In this document: positions 52,268 through 60,290 of the stretch, one piece after another
How the letters are laid out: each line of letters begins with the position of its first letter
Numbering within the stretch: the stretch's first letter is position 1
DNA from: Longimicrobiales bacterium
GTDB taxonomy: Bacteria; Gemmatimonadota; Gemmatimonadetes; Longimicrobiales; Gaopeijiaceae
DNA length: 64,000 bases
Assembly (NCBI GenBank): GCA_041690395.1
Contig: JAWLHJ010000001.1
Span: forward strand, 96,001 to 160,000
Direction: 5' to 3'
Notes under the pieces: generated by a model
Told to the model about the DNA's origin: nothing
Databases searched by the model: none
The model's input: only the letters and a program-made list of their open reading frames with translations
Made by a program: the position numbers and the translations under genes

Positions 52268-53497
52268 ATGCGCATCGCCGTGATCGGCAGCGGAGTATCG
52301 GGACTGGTGACCGCGTACCTCCTGCACGACCGACACGACGTGGTCGTCTTCGAGGCCCGAGACCGCATCGGGGGGCACACGCACACGGTCGTCGTTCCGG
52401 ACATCGACGGCCGACTCCACGCCGTCGACACGGGCTTCATCGTCTTCAACGAGACGAACTACCCTCTCTTCTCGCGGCTTCTGCGAAGACTCGGCGTCGC
52501 ATCGCAGCCGTCGGACATGAGCTTCAGCGTACGGTGCGACGAGACGGGCCTCGAGTACAACGGCTCGACCCTTCGACAGCTCTTCGCCCAGCCCACGAAT
52601 CTCCTGCGTCCGAGCTATCACCGGATGCTACTCGACATCCTGCGCTTCAACCGGACCGCGGAGCGCGACCTGGAGGCGGGGCTGGGCGATGAGACCCTCG
52701 GCGACTACCTGGCCCGTCACCGGTTCTCGAGGCGTCTCGCGCGTCACTACCTCGTTCCCATGGGATCCGCGCTCTGGTCCACTCCGCCCGGAGAGGTGCT
52801 CGAGATGCCGGTCGCCTTCTTCGTGCGCTTTTTCAGCCAACATGGCATGCTGACCGTGGACGACCGGCCGGAGTGGCGCGTCGTCCGCGGAGGCTCCGAC
52901 CGTTACAAGGAGGCGCTCGTGGCATCCTTCCAGGATCGAATCCGGACGTCGTGCCCCGTGCGGAGCGTAGCACGCCGGGAGGATCACGTGCTCGTGGACG
53001 GGGAGCGGTTCGATCATGTCGTGCTCGCATGTCATTCCGACCAGGCGTTGGCCATTCTCGACGACGCAAGCGCGCCCGAGCGGGACATCCTGTCGGCCAT
53101 CCAGTACCGGTCGAACGACGTGGTACTGCACACGGACACTTCGGTCCTTCCCCGTCGGAGGAGGGCCTGGGGCGCGTGGAACTACCGCATCCCTCCAGGA
53201 GTGTCGGGCGCGCCCCATGTCACCTACGACATGAACCTTCTCCAGGGAATCGACGCTCGGAGCACCTTCTGTGTGTCGTTGAACACGGAGGACATAAATC
53301 AGGATTCTATTTTATTTCGTGATCGATACGCACATCCGCAATACTCCCTGAAAGGATTCGCGGCCCAGGGGCGGTATGACGAAATCAGCGGCCGGGACCG
53401 TACGCATTACTGCGGCGCCTACTGGGGCAACGGGTTCCATGAGGACGGTGTCCGCTCCGCCGTGCGGGTCGCTGAAGGCTTTGGGGTGACATTCTGA
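52268..53497 (+). CDS. FAD-dependent oxidoreductase (COG2907-like; UfaD-like fatty acid desaturase candidate)
   Basis: IAVIGSGVSG, GGHTHT, VDTGFIVFNETNYP, SDMSFS, AWGAWNY, TYDMNLLQ, YCGAYWGNGFHEDG; GAGGAG RBS. Confidence 0.88.
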   Translation: MRIAVIGSGVSGLVTAYLLHDRHDVVVFEARDRIGGHTHTVVVPDIDGRLHAVDTGFIVFNETNYPLFSRLLRRLGVASQPSDMSFSVRCDETGLEYNGSTLRQLFAQPTNLLRPSYHRMLLDILRFNRTAERDLEAGLGDETLGDYLARHRFSRRLARHYLVPMGSALWSTPPGEVLEMPVAFFVRFFSQHGMLTVDDRPEWRVVRGGSDRYKEALVASFQDRIRTSCPVRSVARREDHVLVDGERFDHVVLACHSDQALAILDDASAPERDILSAIQYRSNDVVLHTDTSVLPRRRRAWGAWNYRIPPGVSGAPHVTYDMNLLQGIDARSTFCVSLNTEDINQDSILFRDRYAHPQYSLKGFAAQGRYDEISGRDRTHYCGAYWGNGFHEDGVRSAVRVAEGFGVTF

Positions 53498-54249
53498 ATA
53501 GCGCGCTCTATTTCGGGACGATCCGACACCGGCGCTTCGAGCCGGTGCCCCACCTATTCGCCTATCCGCTCTTCATGGTCTACCTCGACCTCGACGAGCT
53601 CGACGAGGTGTTCGAAGGGCGTCTGCTCTGGTCCACGCGACGACCTGCCGTCGCCTGGTTCCGGCGCGCGGACTATCTGGGCCGCCCCGACCGCCCACTC
53701 CGGGACGAGGTCCTGGACAGGGTGGCGGCTTCCGGCCGGGCCAGACCCCGTGGTCCCGTGCGCATGCTCACGCACCTGAGGTATCTCGGCTACGCGCAGA
53801 ATCCGGTGACGTTCTACTACTGCTTCTCCGCCGAGGACGACGGGCGAATTCAGGCGGTCGTGGCCGAAGTCACGAACACTCCATGGGGAGAGCGGCACGC
53901 CTACGTCGTCGACGGTCCCGACGGAGGTCCCGTGGCCCCCTTCGCACGCTTCCCCAAGGCGTTCCACGTGTCGCCGTTCATGCCCATGGAGCAGCAGTAC
54001 CGTTGGCGGTTCTCCGCGCCCGGCGCCGACCTGGCCGTGGACATGGAAAGCGTGGAGGACGGACGGCGCGTGTTCGACGCAACGCTCCGAATGACACGCC
54101 GCCCGATCACCGGCCGGTCCCTGGCCGGCGCCCTGGCCCGTCATCCGTGGATGACGGCCCGGGTCGTGACGGCCATCTACGCCCAGGCGTTGCGGCTGTG
54201 GCTCAAGCGTACGCCCTTCTTCGATCACCCCAAGCATCGGGACTCATGA
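53494..54249 (+). CDS. DUF1365 family protein (UfaO-like candidate), probable CTG start
   Basis: NSALYFGTIRHRRF, YLDLDEL, NPVTFYYC, EVTNTPWGERHAY, KAFHVSPFM, IYAQALRLWLK. The ORF track starts it at 53545 but the family-like N-terminus begins at 53494. Confidence 0.85.
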   Translation: MNSALYFGTIRHRRFEPVPHLFAYPLFMVYLDLDELDEVFEGRLLWSTRRPAVAWFRRADYLGRPDRPLRDEVLDRVAASGRARPRGPVRMLTHLRYLGYAQNPVTFYYCFSAEDDGRIQAVVAEVTNTPWGERHAYVVDGPDGGPVAPFARFPKAFHVSPFMPMEQQYRWRFSAPGADLAVDMESVEDGRRVFDATLRMTRRPITGRSLAGALARHPWMTARVVTAIYAQALRLWLKRTPFFDHPKHRDS

Positions 54250-55544
54250 CGGTCATTCAGAACCTCGCGGAGCGGCTGGTGCGCTCCCGCCTGAACCGCC
54301 TCACCACCGGAAGGCTCACGCTGGAAGGCTCGAGCGGCATCGAGGCGTTCGGACCGGGCGGCGACCCCGAAGCCCACATCCGCGTGCACGAGCGCTCGCT
54401 CTTCCGGGCGTTGGCGTTCGGCGGTCACGTCGGCGCGGGCGAGGCCTATATGGACGGGGCGTGGTCGACCGACGACCTCACGGCGGTCGTGCGGCTCTTC
54501 CTCCGGAACCGCGACGTGTTGGACGGTCTGGAAACCGGGTGGGCGAGGATGGCCGCTCCGCTCAGATCGGTCGCCCACGCCTGGAACCGCAACACCCGGC
54601 GAGGCTCCCGGCGGAACATCCAGGCCCATTACGATCTGGGAAACGACTTCTTCGCGCTCCTCCTGGACGAGACGCTCACCTACTCGGCGGCGCTGTTCGA
54701 GGGCGAGGCGCGCTCGCTGGCCGAGGCCTCCGAGGCGAAGTACGATCGCATCTGCCGCAAGCTGGGGCTCGCGCCGGAGCATCACGTGGTCGAGATCGGC
54801 ACCGGATGGGGAGGCTTCGCGATCCATGCGGCCGGGCGATATGGATGCCGCGTGACCACGACGACCATCTCGCCGCGTCAACACGAGGTGGCCGTCGAGC
54901 GGGTGCGGGCGGCGGGGCTGTCCGACCGGGTCGAGGTCCTGCTCCGTGACTACCGCGATCTTCGGGGAAGCTACGACCGGCTCGTCTCGATCGAGATGAT
55001 CGAAGCGGTCGGGCACCACTATTTCGGCACCTTCTTCGAGCGTTGCGCCGCGCTGCTCCGCCCGGACGGACTCGGTACGATCCAGGCCATCACCATCCAG
55101 GATCGCTACTACGAGAGCGCTCGCCGGGAGGTCGACTTCATCAAGCGGTACGTCTTCCCCGGGAGCTGTATTCCGTCCGTCTCGGTCCTGACCGGAGCCG
55201 CCGCGCCGACCGACCTTCGCCTCGTGCATCTAGACGACATGACGCCGGACTACGCCGAGACGTTGCGCCGTTGGCGCACCCGGTTGTTCGAGCGGTGGCC
55301 GGAGATTCGCGCGCTAGGATTCGACGAGCGCTTCAAGCGCCTGTGGGACTTCTATTTCTGTTACTGCGAGGGGGGCTTCGACGAGGCCGTCCTAGGGAGC
55401 GTGCAGCTGACCTTCGCCAAGCCCGACGCGCGCGTGCCGGTGCCGCTGCTGCGCGGTGCGGACGGCGGAGGGGCGGCTCTCCGTCGCGGCCCACGACTCG
55501 AGCCGAACCGTGAGGTGCGTGCTTCCCGGGAGGCGCGCGCGTGA
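54246..55544 (+). CDS. Cfa-family SAM-dependent fatty acyl phospholipid methyltransferase (UfaM-like candidate)
   Basis: GEAYMDG, NIQAHYDLGNDFF, TYSAA, EIGTGWG, SIEMIEAVG, FIKRYVFPG, YFCYCEGGF; ATGA overlap. Confidence 0.92.
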   Translation: MTVIQNLAERLVRSRLNRLTTGRLTLEGSSGIEAFGPGGDPEAHIRVHERSLFRALAFGGHVGAGEAYMDGAWSTDDLTAVVRLFLRNRDVLDGLETGWARMAAPLRSVAHAWNRNTRRGSRRNIQAHYDLGNDFFALLLDETLTYSAALFEGEARSLAEASEAKYDRICRKLGLAPEHHVVEIGTGWGGFAIHAAGRYGCRVTTTTISPRQHEVAVERVRAAGLSDRVEVLLRDYRDLRGSYDRLVSIEMIEAVGHHYFGTFFERCAALLRPDGLGTIQAITIQDRYYESARREVDFIKRYVFPGSCIPSVSVLTGAAAPTDLRLVHLDDMTPDYAETLRRWRTRLFERWPEIRALGFDERFKRLWDFYFCYCEGGFDEAVLGSVQLTFAKPDARVPVPLLRGADGGGAALRRGPRLEPNREVRASREARA

Positions 55545-56626
55545 GCAGCGTCGGCATCGCGCTGGCGGAGCGTGGCGTGCTGCCGCTGTCGGTCCTTCGT
55601 TACGGCGTCCGCCGCCTGCTGGACGCGAGGCTGCGGGAGATCGAGACGGCCCCCCCGATGAAGGACTTCATCGCCATGCTGGAGGCCAGTCCGCTGGCGG
55701 TGGAGACGGACGCGGCCAACGAGCAGCACTACGAGGTGCCTGCCATGTTCTTCGAGCATACCCTCGGACCAAGGCTCAAGTACAGCGGTGCGTACTGGCC
55801 GGAACACGTTTCCAACCTGGGGGCCGCGGAGGACGCGATGCTGGAACTCACCGGCAAACGCGCTGAGCTCGAGGACGGCCAGGACATCCTGGAGCTGGGC
55901 TGCGGCTGGGGGTCCCTCACGCTCCACATGGCCCGTCGCTTTCCGAACGCACGTATCACGGCCGTGTCGAACTCGGCGTCCCAAAGACGCCACATCGAGA
56001 GCCGTGCTCCCGCGAACGTGCGGGTCGTGACGGCGGACATGCGCGACTTCGCGCCGAGTGGCCTTTTCGATCGTGTGGTGAGCGTCGAGATGTTCGAACA
56101 CATGCGAAACCTTCCCGAGCTCATGCGGCGTATCTCCGGGTGGCTCCGGCCCGAGGGCAAGCTGTTCGTGCACGTGTTCTGCCACCGGACGCACTCCTAC
56201 CTGTTCGAGACCGAGGCGTCGGACGACTGGATGGGCCGCTACTTCTTCACCGGGGGGATGATGCCGGCCTACGACCTGCTCCCTTCCATGGACGCGGACC
56301 TGCGGGTGGAGGAACAGTGGGCGGTGGACGGGACGCACTACGCCCGCACCGCCCGCGCCTGGCGTGAGAACCTGGAGGCGAAGAGAGCCGCGGCCATGCC
56401 GGTGTTGGACCGGACCTACGGGGCCGACGCGGAGCGGTGGTTCCAGCGTTGGCGACTGTTCTTCCTCGCATGCGAGGAGCTTTTCGGATACCGGGAGGGC
56501 TCGGAGTGGCTGGTGGGACACTACCGCTTCACGCGCCGCGTCGATGTCCCGGACCGTCCAGGCTCCTCAGCCGAACACGAGGAGGCTCGCTCCCCAGAGA
56601 ACCAGCACGCCCCCCACAGGGCGTGA
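55541..56626 (+). CDS. Second Cfa/CMAS-like SAM-dependent methyltransferase
   Basis: ANEQHYEVP, LGPRLKYS, LELGCGWGSL, SVEMFEHMRN, WMGRYFFTGG, WRLFFLACEELF; GTGA overlap. Confidence 0.9.
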   Translation: MSSVGIALAERGVLPLSVLRYGVRRLLDARLREIETAPPMKDFIAMLEASPLAVETDAANEQHYEVPAMFFEHTLGPRLKYSGAYWPEHVSNLGAAEDAMLELTGKRAELEDGQDILELGCGWGSLTLHMARRFPNARITAVSNSASQRRHIESRAPANVRVVTADMRDFAPSGLFDRVVSVEMFEHMRNLPELMRRISGWLRPEGKLFVHVFCHRTHSYLFETEASDDWMGRYFFTGGMMPAYDLLPSMDADLRVEEQWAVDGTHYARTARAWRENLEAKRAAAMPVLDRTYGADAERWFQRWRLFFLACEELFGYREGSEWLVGHYRFTRRVDVPDRPGSSAEHEEARSPENQHAPHRA

Positions 56627-57169
56627 CAGGGCCGGGCCCACGGGCGTCGCCGTTTCCAGGAACATGACGGCGATCATCACCCCCATCATGCGGAGGTCCA
56701 TGGCGCCCACGACGAGCGCCAGGGCCATGATCGCCCAGCAGCAACCGAGGCAGAAGAGGCCGTGGCGGAGCCCCATCTCGAGGGCACCCCGCAGCCCCGA
56801 ACGCCACCGGGACACGAAGTAACCCATGGGGCTACGGCAGTGGTCCAGACAGGCGTGCTTGAGCCGGGAGAACTGGAACGCTCCAGCGGTGAGGAGCGCC
56901 AGGCCGGCCAGGGCGGGAGCAGAGACCGACAGAGGCGTGCGTGCCCCCGTGGTGGCCAGGGCGACCTGAGCCGCAGCCATGACTCCGCTGAAGGCGAGCC
57001 AGGCACCCCCATACCCCAGAGAGAAGGCCGGGATGGTCGCCCGGGAAGCGCCGCTCGGAAGCGCGCGATGGAGCGCCCGGAGCCACGGCCAGACAACGGG
57101 GGTCATCATCACCGCGCTCATTCCGGCCCACATGGCCAGAACCGTCGGATAGGTGCCGCCTCCGCTCAA
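56567..57169 (-). CDS. DUF2182 family predicted metal-binding membrane protein
   Basis: MWAGMSAVMMTP, FQFSRLKHACLDHCRSP, GLFCLGCCWAIM; TTG start overlapping the upstream stop (TTGA). Confidence 0.82.
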   Translation of the reverse strand: MSGGGTYPTVLAMWAGMSAVMMTPVVWPWLRALHRALPSGASRATIPAFSLGYGGAWLAFSGVMAAAQVALATTGARTPLSVSAPALAGLALLTAGAFQFSRLKHACLDHCRSPMGYFVSRWRSGLRGALEMGLRHGLFCLGCCWAIMALALVVGAMDLRMMGVMIAVMFLETATPVGPALSRPVGGVLVLWGASLLVFG

Positions 57170-57771
57170 GCGTGCCAGTCGAAGCGTGACCAGAGGCCGT
57201 GCGTCCCCTCGGTCTGGATGAGGAGGTCTCCGTCGTCGTAGCGGGAGGTACCCCGGGCAATGACCTGATGCGGTGCGTGGATCTGATTGTAGATGTTCTC
57301 GAACACCACGGGTTGCGTTCGATCCCGTCCGCGGATCGCCTCCACGACGGCCTCCAGCAACCCCGGGATCCCCACCTTCTTCCGGGTCTCGCTTTCCTCG
57401 ATGCGGATGGGCACCGATCGGGTGGGGAGCCAGTCGTCGACGAAGCGCGCCAGGACTTCCCAGGGTCCGCCCAGCGTCCCCTTCAGTACGGCCTCCAGCG
57501 CGGTGCGCTGCGCGTCGTCCGCATCGTCCGAAACGAGAATCGCCTCCCGCCATCCACCGTCGATCATGACCTGCGGGCTCTCGTAGACCACCACGGCATC
57601 GACCCCGTCCAGCCGAACGTCCCCCACTGCGCCCTCCTCGACACGGATGGCCCAGAACCCGCGACACGTCTCATGGGTGCAGGGCTGGCTGAAGTGCACG
57701 TGACCGGGGCAGACGGTCGTACAGTTGCAGTTCTCGAACAGGAGGCCCTTGGCCCACCAGCCCTCAGCCAC
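57166..57771 (-). CDS. DUF1326 family protein
   Basis: W..KG...ENCNCTTVCP N-terminal Cys motif, IEEG..GDV.LDG-like segment, ADDAQRTAL, GGPW; GTG start overlaps the end of msrB. Confidence 0.82.
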   Translation of the reverse strand: MAEGWWAKGLLFENCNCTTVCPGHVHFSQPCTHETCRGFWAIRVEEGAVGDVRLDGVDAVVVYESPQVMIDGGWREAILVSDDADDAQRTALEAVLKGTLGGPWEVLARFVDDWLPTRSVPIRIEESETRKKVGIPGLLEAVVEAIRGRDRTQPVVFENIYNQIHAPHQVIARGTSRYDDGDLLIQTEGTHGLWSRFDWHA

Positions 57772-58237
57772 CCGCCGGCTCCGGTCCGTCCACCTTCTCC
57801 AGCGCCACGGCGTTGATGCAGTACCGGAGGCCGGTAGGAGCCGGCCCGTCGGGGAAGACGTGCCCGAGGTGGGCGTCGCAGACATTGCAGACGACCTCGA
57901 TGCGGCGCATGCCGTGCGAGCTGTCGTCGCGGTGCGCCACGACGTTGTCCGCGACCGGCTGCGTGAACGAAGGCCAGCCGGTGCCGGACTCGAACTTCTC
58001 GCCTGCGTCGAAGAGCACGGTTCCGCAGCACACGCAGGCGTACAGACCCGGCTCGAACCTGCTGCACATCGGCGAGCTGAAGGGTCGTTCGGTGGCCTGC
58101 TGCCGGGCGACCCGGAACTGCTCCGGGGTCAGGCGCTCCCGCCATTCCTCGGGCGTGCGCTCGACTCGACGGGGCGGCGCGGGGGCCCCCGCGTCAGCCA
58201 GCCGTAGCACTTCCTTCCAACTCGCGACGATGGTCAT
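57764..58237 (-). CDS. msrB: Peptide methionine-R-sulfoxide reductase
   Basis: EWRERLTPEQF, TERPF, CVCC, KFESGTGWPSF, CNVCDAHLGHVFPDGP, RYCIN. Confidence 0.96.
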   Translation of the reverse strand: MTIVASWKEVLRLADAGAPAPPRRVERTPEEWRERLTPEQFRVARQQATERPFSSPMCSRFEPGLYACVCCGTVLFDAGEKFESGTGWPSFTQPVADNVVAHRDDSSHGMRRIEVVCNVCDAHLGHVFPDGPAPTGLRYCINAVALEKVDGPEPAGG

Positions 58238-58349
58238 GACGTCCTCTCCTGGGGCGGCACTGGGTTCGGCCGACGTACGAAGGTAATCTGTGCGGACGAC
58301 GGCCCGTGGACCACCCATCGCACGCGGTTGTACCACCGAGGGCAGCGAT

Positions 58350-58372
58350 ATAGAATTCGACATCTATTCTAT
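58350..58372. promoter_or_regulatory. Inverted repeat operator between msrB and tetR
   Basis: ATAGAAT-N9-ATTCTAT in an AT-rich patch 13 bp before the tetR ATG. Confidence 0.6.
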
Positions 58373-58385
58373 TTGGAGCACGAGC

Positions 58386-59312
58386 ATGGACGACGAGACG
58401 ACGACGGCCCACGTGAATCCGCCTCGACAGGCCCGCTCCCGGCGGACCCTAGAGCGGATCGTGCGCGCGGCACTCGCCCTGCTCGACGAACAGGGTCCGG
58501 ACGGCCTGACCGTCCAGGCCGTGGTCGCGCGAGCCCGGTCCTCGGTCGGGTCGTTCTACGCGCGCTTCAAGGGAAAGGAAGAACTGCTCGAGTATCTGGA
58601 GGAGCGCGTCTGGGACGAGGCCCGCGAGCGCTGGCAGGCGCAGCTCGCCGAGCGCGACTGGTCTTCGTTATCGCTCGAGGAGGTGGCACGCGGTTCCGCG
58701 CGTCTGCTCACCGACGCCCATAGGTCGCGTGCCATCGTTCTGAAGTCCCTCGACCGCATGGGGGCTGGAGGCGGCGAAGGGTACGCCTCGTTCCGCCGGT
58801 TCGTGCTGCAGGCCCTCGCGGAGCTCCTCCTGAAGCATCGCGACCACATTCGCCACGCGGATCCGGATATCGCGGTCCGACTAGCACTTGCGGCTCTGAG
58901 CGGAGTGGTCGAGACCGGAGATCCGGAAACCGGCGAGCACTTCGAGCGGGACGTGACCATCCGGGAGGGATCGACCCTGGTTCTCACGTACCTCACGGGA
59001 GAGGCCGGAGCCGCGGAGGCACGGGAGCCGGTCGTGCGGTCCACCGAGACCGTCCGGTCGACGCCGGTTCCGGAGCCCCCGGTAGGGGAAGAGGGCGGGG
59101 TCGAGCCTGCGGCCGGCAGGTCCGAGGCGGTGGAGGCGCCCGAGGGGGTGGAGGCGCCCGAGGGGGTGGAGGCGCCCGAGGCGGTGGAGGCGCCCGAGGG
59201 TCCGGAGGCAGTGGCCGCGACGGGCTCCGAGACGGGGCGTGGGGCCGAAGACCGCGACGACAGCGGAGAGGAGGATGAGGAGGACGTCGACTTCTTCGAC
59301 GTCTGGGGTTGA
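58386..59312 (+). CDS. TetR/AcrR-family regulator with acidic low-complexity C-terminal tail
   Basis: PRQARSRRTLERI...LTVQAVVARARSSVGSFYARFKGKEELL HTH; GGAG RBS. Confidence 0.9.
   Translation: MDDETTTAHVNPPRQARSRRTLERIVRAALALLDEQGPDGLTVQAVVARARSSVGSFYARFKGKEELLEYLEERVWDEARERWQAQLAERDWSSLSLEEVARGSARLLTDAHRSRAIVLKSLDRMGAGGGEGYASFRRFVLQALAELLLKHRDHIRHADPDIAVRLALAALSGVVETGDPETGEHFERDVTIREGSTLVLTYLTGEAGAAEAREPVVRSTETVRSTPVPEPPVGEEGGVEPAAGRSEAVEAPEGVEAPEGVEAPEAVEAPEGPEAVAATGSETGRGAEDRDDSGEEDEEDVDFFDVWG
59124..59195 (+). repeat. 18-bp tandem repeat x4 (GAGG(C/G)GGTGGAGGCGCCC) encoding E(A/G)VEAP
   Basis: Four consecutive near-identical units plus a degenerate fifth (59196-59213), in frame in the tetR tail. 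Confidence 0.9.
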
Positions 59313-59331
59313 GCCGACGCCTCCCAATCCG

Positions 59332-60225
59332 TTACGCGTGTGGCTTGGTCACACCAGGCTTCACGCCTTCGAAGTGCGCTCCGTAGATGCCCTCCGCGAA
59401 GCGACGGAGTTCGGCTTCGGTACCGGGATTCTCCGCGATGACGCGACGCACCCCGGGATCCCCGAGTAGATGCTCCGCCGGATACCGGCGCTCGTCCGAG
59501 ATGCGCACGTCGGCGAAGCCGGCCGCACTCAGCTGCTCGAGATAGACGTCCCGGCTGATCGGCAGGCAGGCCGCCACGGCGTCGAGGTTCCCCCGCAGGA
59601 CCTCCGGCGGTTGCACGTCCGATACCATGTCGGAGATCGCGAAGCGGCCTCCCGCGCGCATGACCCGCAGCATCTCGGCAAGCGCTCGCGACTTCTCGGG
59701 CACGAGGTTGAGCACGCAGTTCGAGAGCACGACATCGACCGACGCGTCGGGGAGGGGCAGCGCCTCGATCTCTCCGAGGCGGAAGTCGACGTTGTCGAAC
59801 CCACCGCGCCTCGCGTTCGTCCGCGCCTTCTCGAGCATCTCGGGCGTCATGTCGACACCTATCACCCGGCCCGTCGGGCCGACCCGGGGGCTGGCCAGGA
59901 AGCAATCGATGCCCGCGCCGGAGCCGAGATCGAGTACGGTCTCGCCGTCCCGGAGTCCCGCGATCGCGGTGGGATTCCCGCAGCCGAGGCCCAGGTTGGA
60001 CCCTTCCGGTAGACCGGCCAGGTCGGCATCGGAGTAGCCGATGGACCTGCTCACGCTTTCTGCCGTGTCGCCACCGCCCTCTCCGCCGCAGCACCCTCCA
60101 TCGCAGCAGCTTCCCTCCTCCGAGGCCACCCGGGCATACCGTTCGCGGACCACCCGTGTCACGGCCGCCGCATGCTGCGTCAGGCCGACCTCGCCCCCGA
60201 TCGGGGCTTCCGTCACGTTCTTCAT
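59332..60225 (-). CDS. arsM: Arsenite S-adenosylmethionine methyltransferase
   Basis: VRERYA..A...SCC, IGYS, NLGLGCGNP, VLDLGSGAGID, GVDMTPEM, GEIEALP, SNCVLNL, AAC; GGAGG RBS. Confidence 0.92.
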   Translation of the reverse strand: MKNVTEAPIGGEVGLTQHAAAVTRVVRERYARVASEEGSCCDGGCCGGEGGGDTAESVSRSIGYSDADLAGLPEGSNLGLGCGNPTAIAGLRDGETVLDLGSGAGIDCFLASPRVGPTGRVIGVDMTPEMLEKARTNARRGGFDNVDFRLGEIEALPLPDASVDVVLSNCVLNLVPEKSRALAEMLRVMRAGGRFAISDMVSDVQPPEVLRGNLDAVAACLPISRDVYLEQLSAAGFADVRISDERRYPAEHLLGDPGVRRVIAENPGTEAELRRFAEGIYGAHFEGVKPGVTKPHA

Positions 60226-60237
60226 GATTCCTCCAGG

Positions 60238-60256
60238 TAGTTGCCTATGGCAACTA
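60238..60256. promoter_or_regulatory. MarR operator copy 2, upstream of arsM
   Basis: TAGTTGCC-TAT-GGCAACTA perfect palindrome next to the arsM RBS; same motif as 60791-60811. Confidence 0.8.
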
Positions 60257-60263
60257 ATGAGTG

Positions 60264-60290
60264 AAAAAAAACCGCCCGTCTACCGGACGA
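60264..60290 (-). terminator. Putative intrinsic terminator between marR and arsM
   Basis: Minus strand TCGTCCG-GTAGA-CGGGCGG stem (two G-U pairs) followed by T8. Confidence 0.55.

Noticed and set aside
59124..59213. Direct repeats as a possible CRISPR array
   Set aside because: Contiguous 18-bp units with no spacers, in frame within a CDS, and no cas genes in the window.
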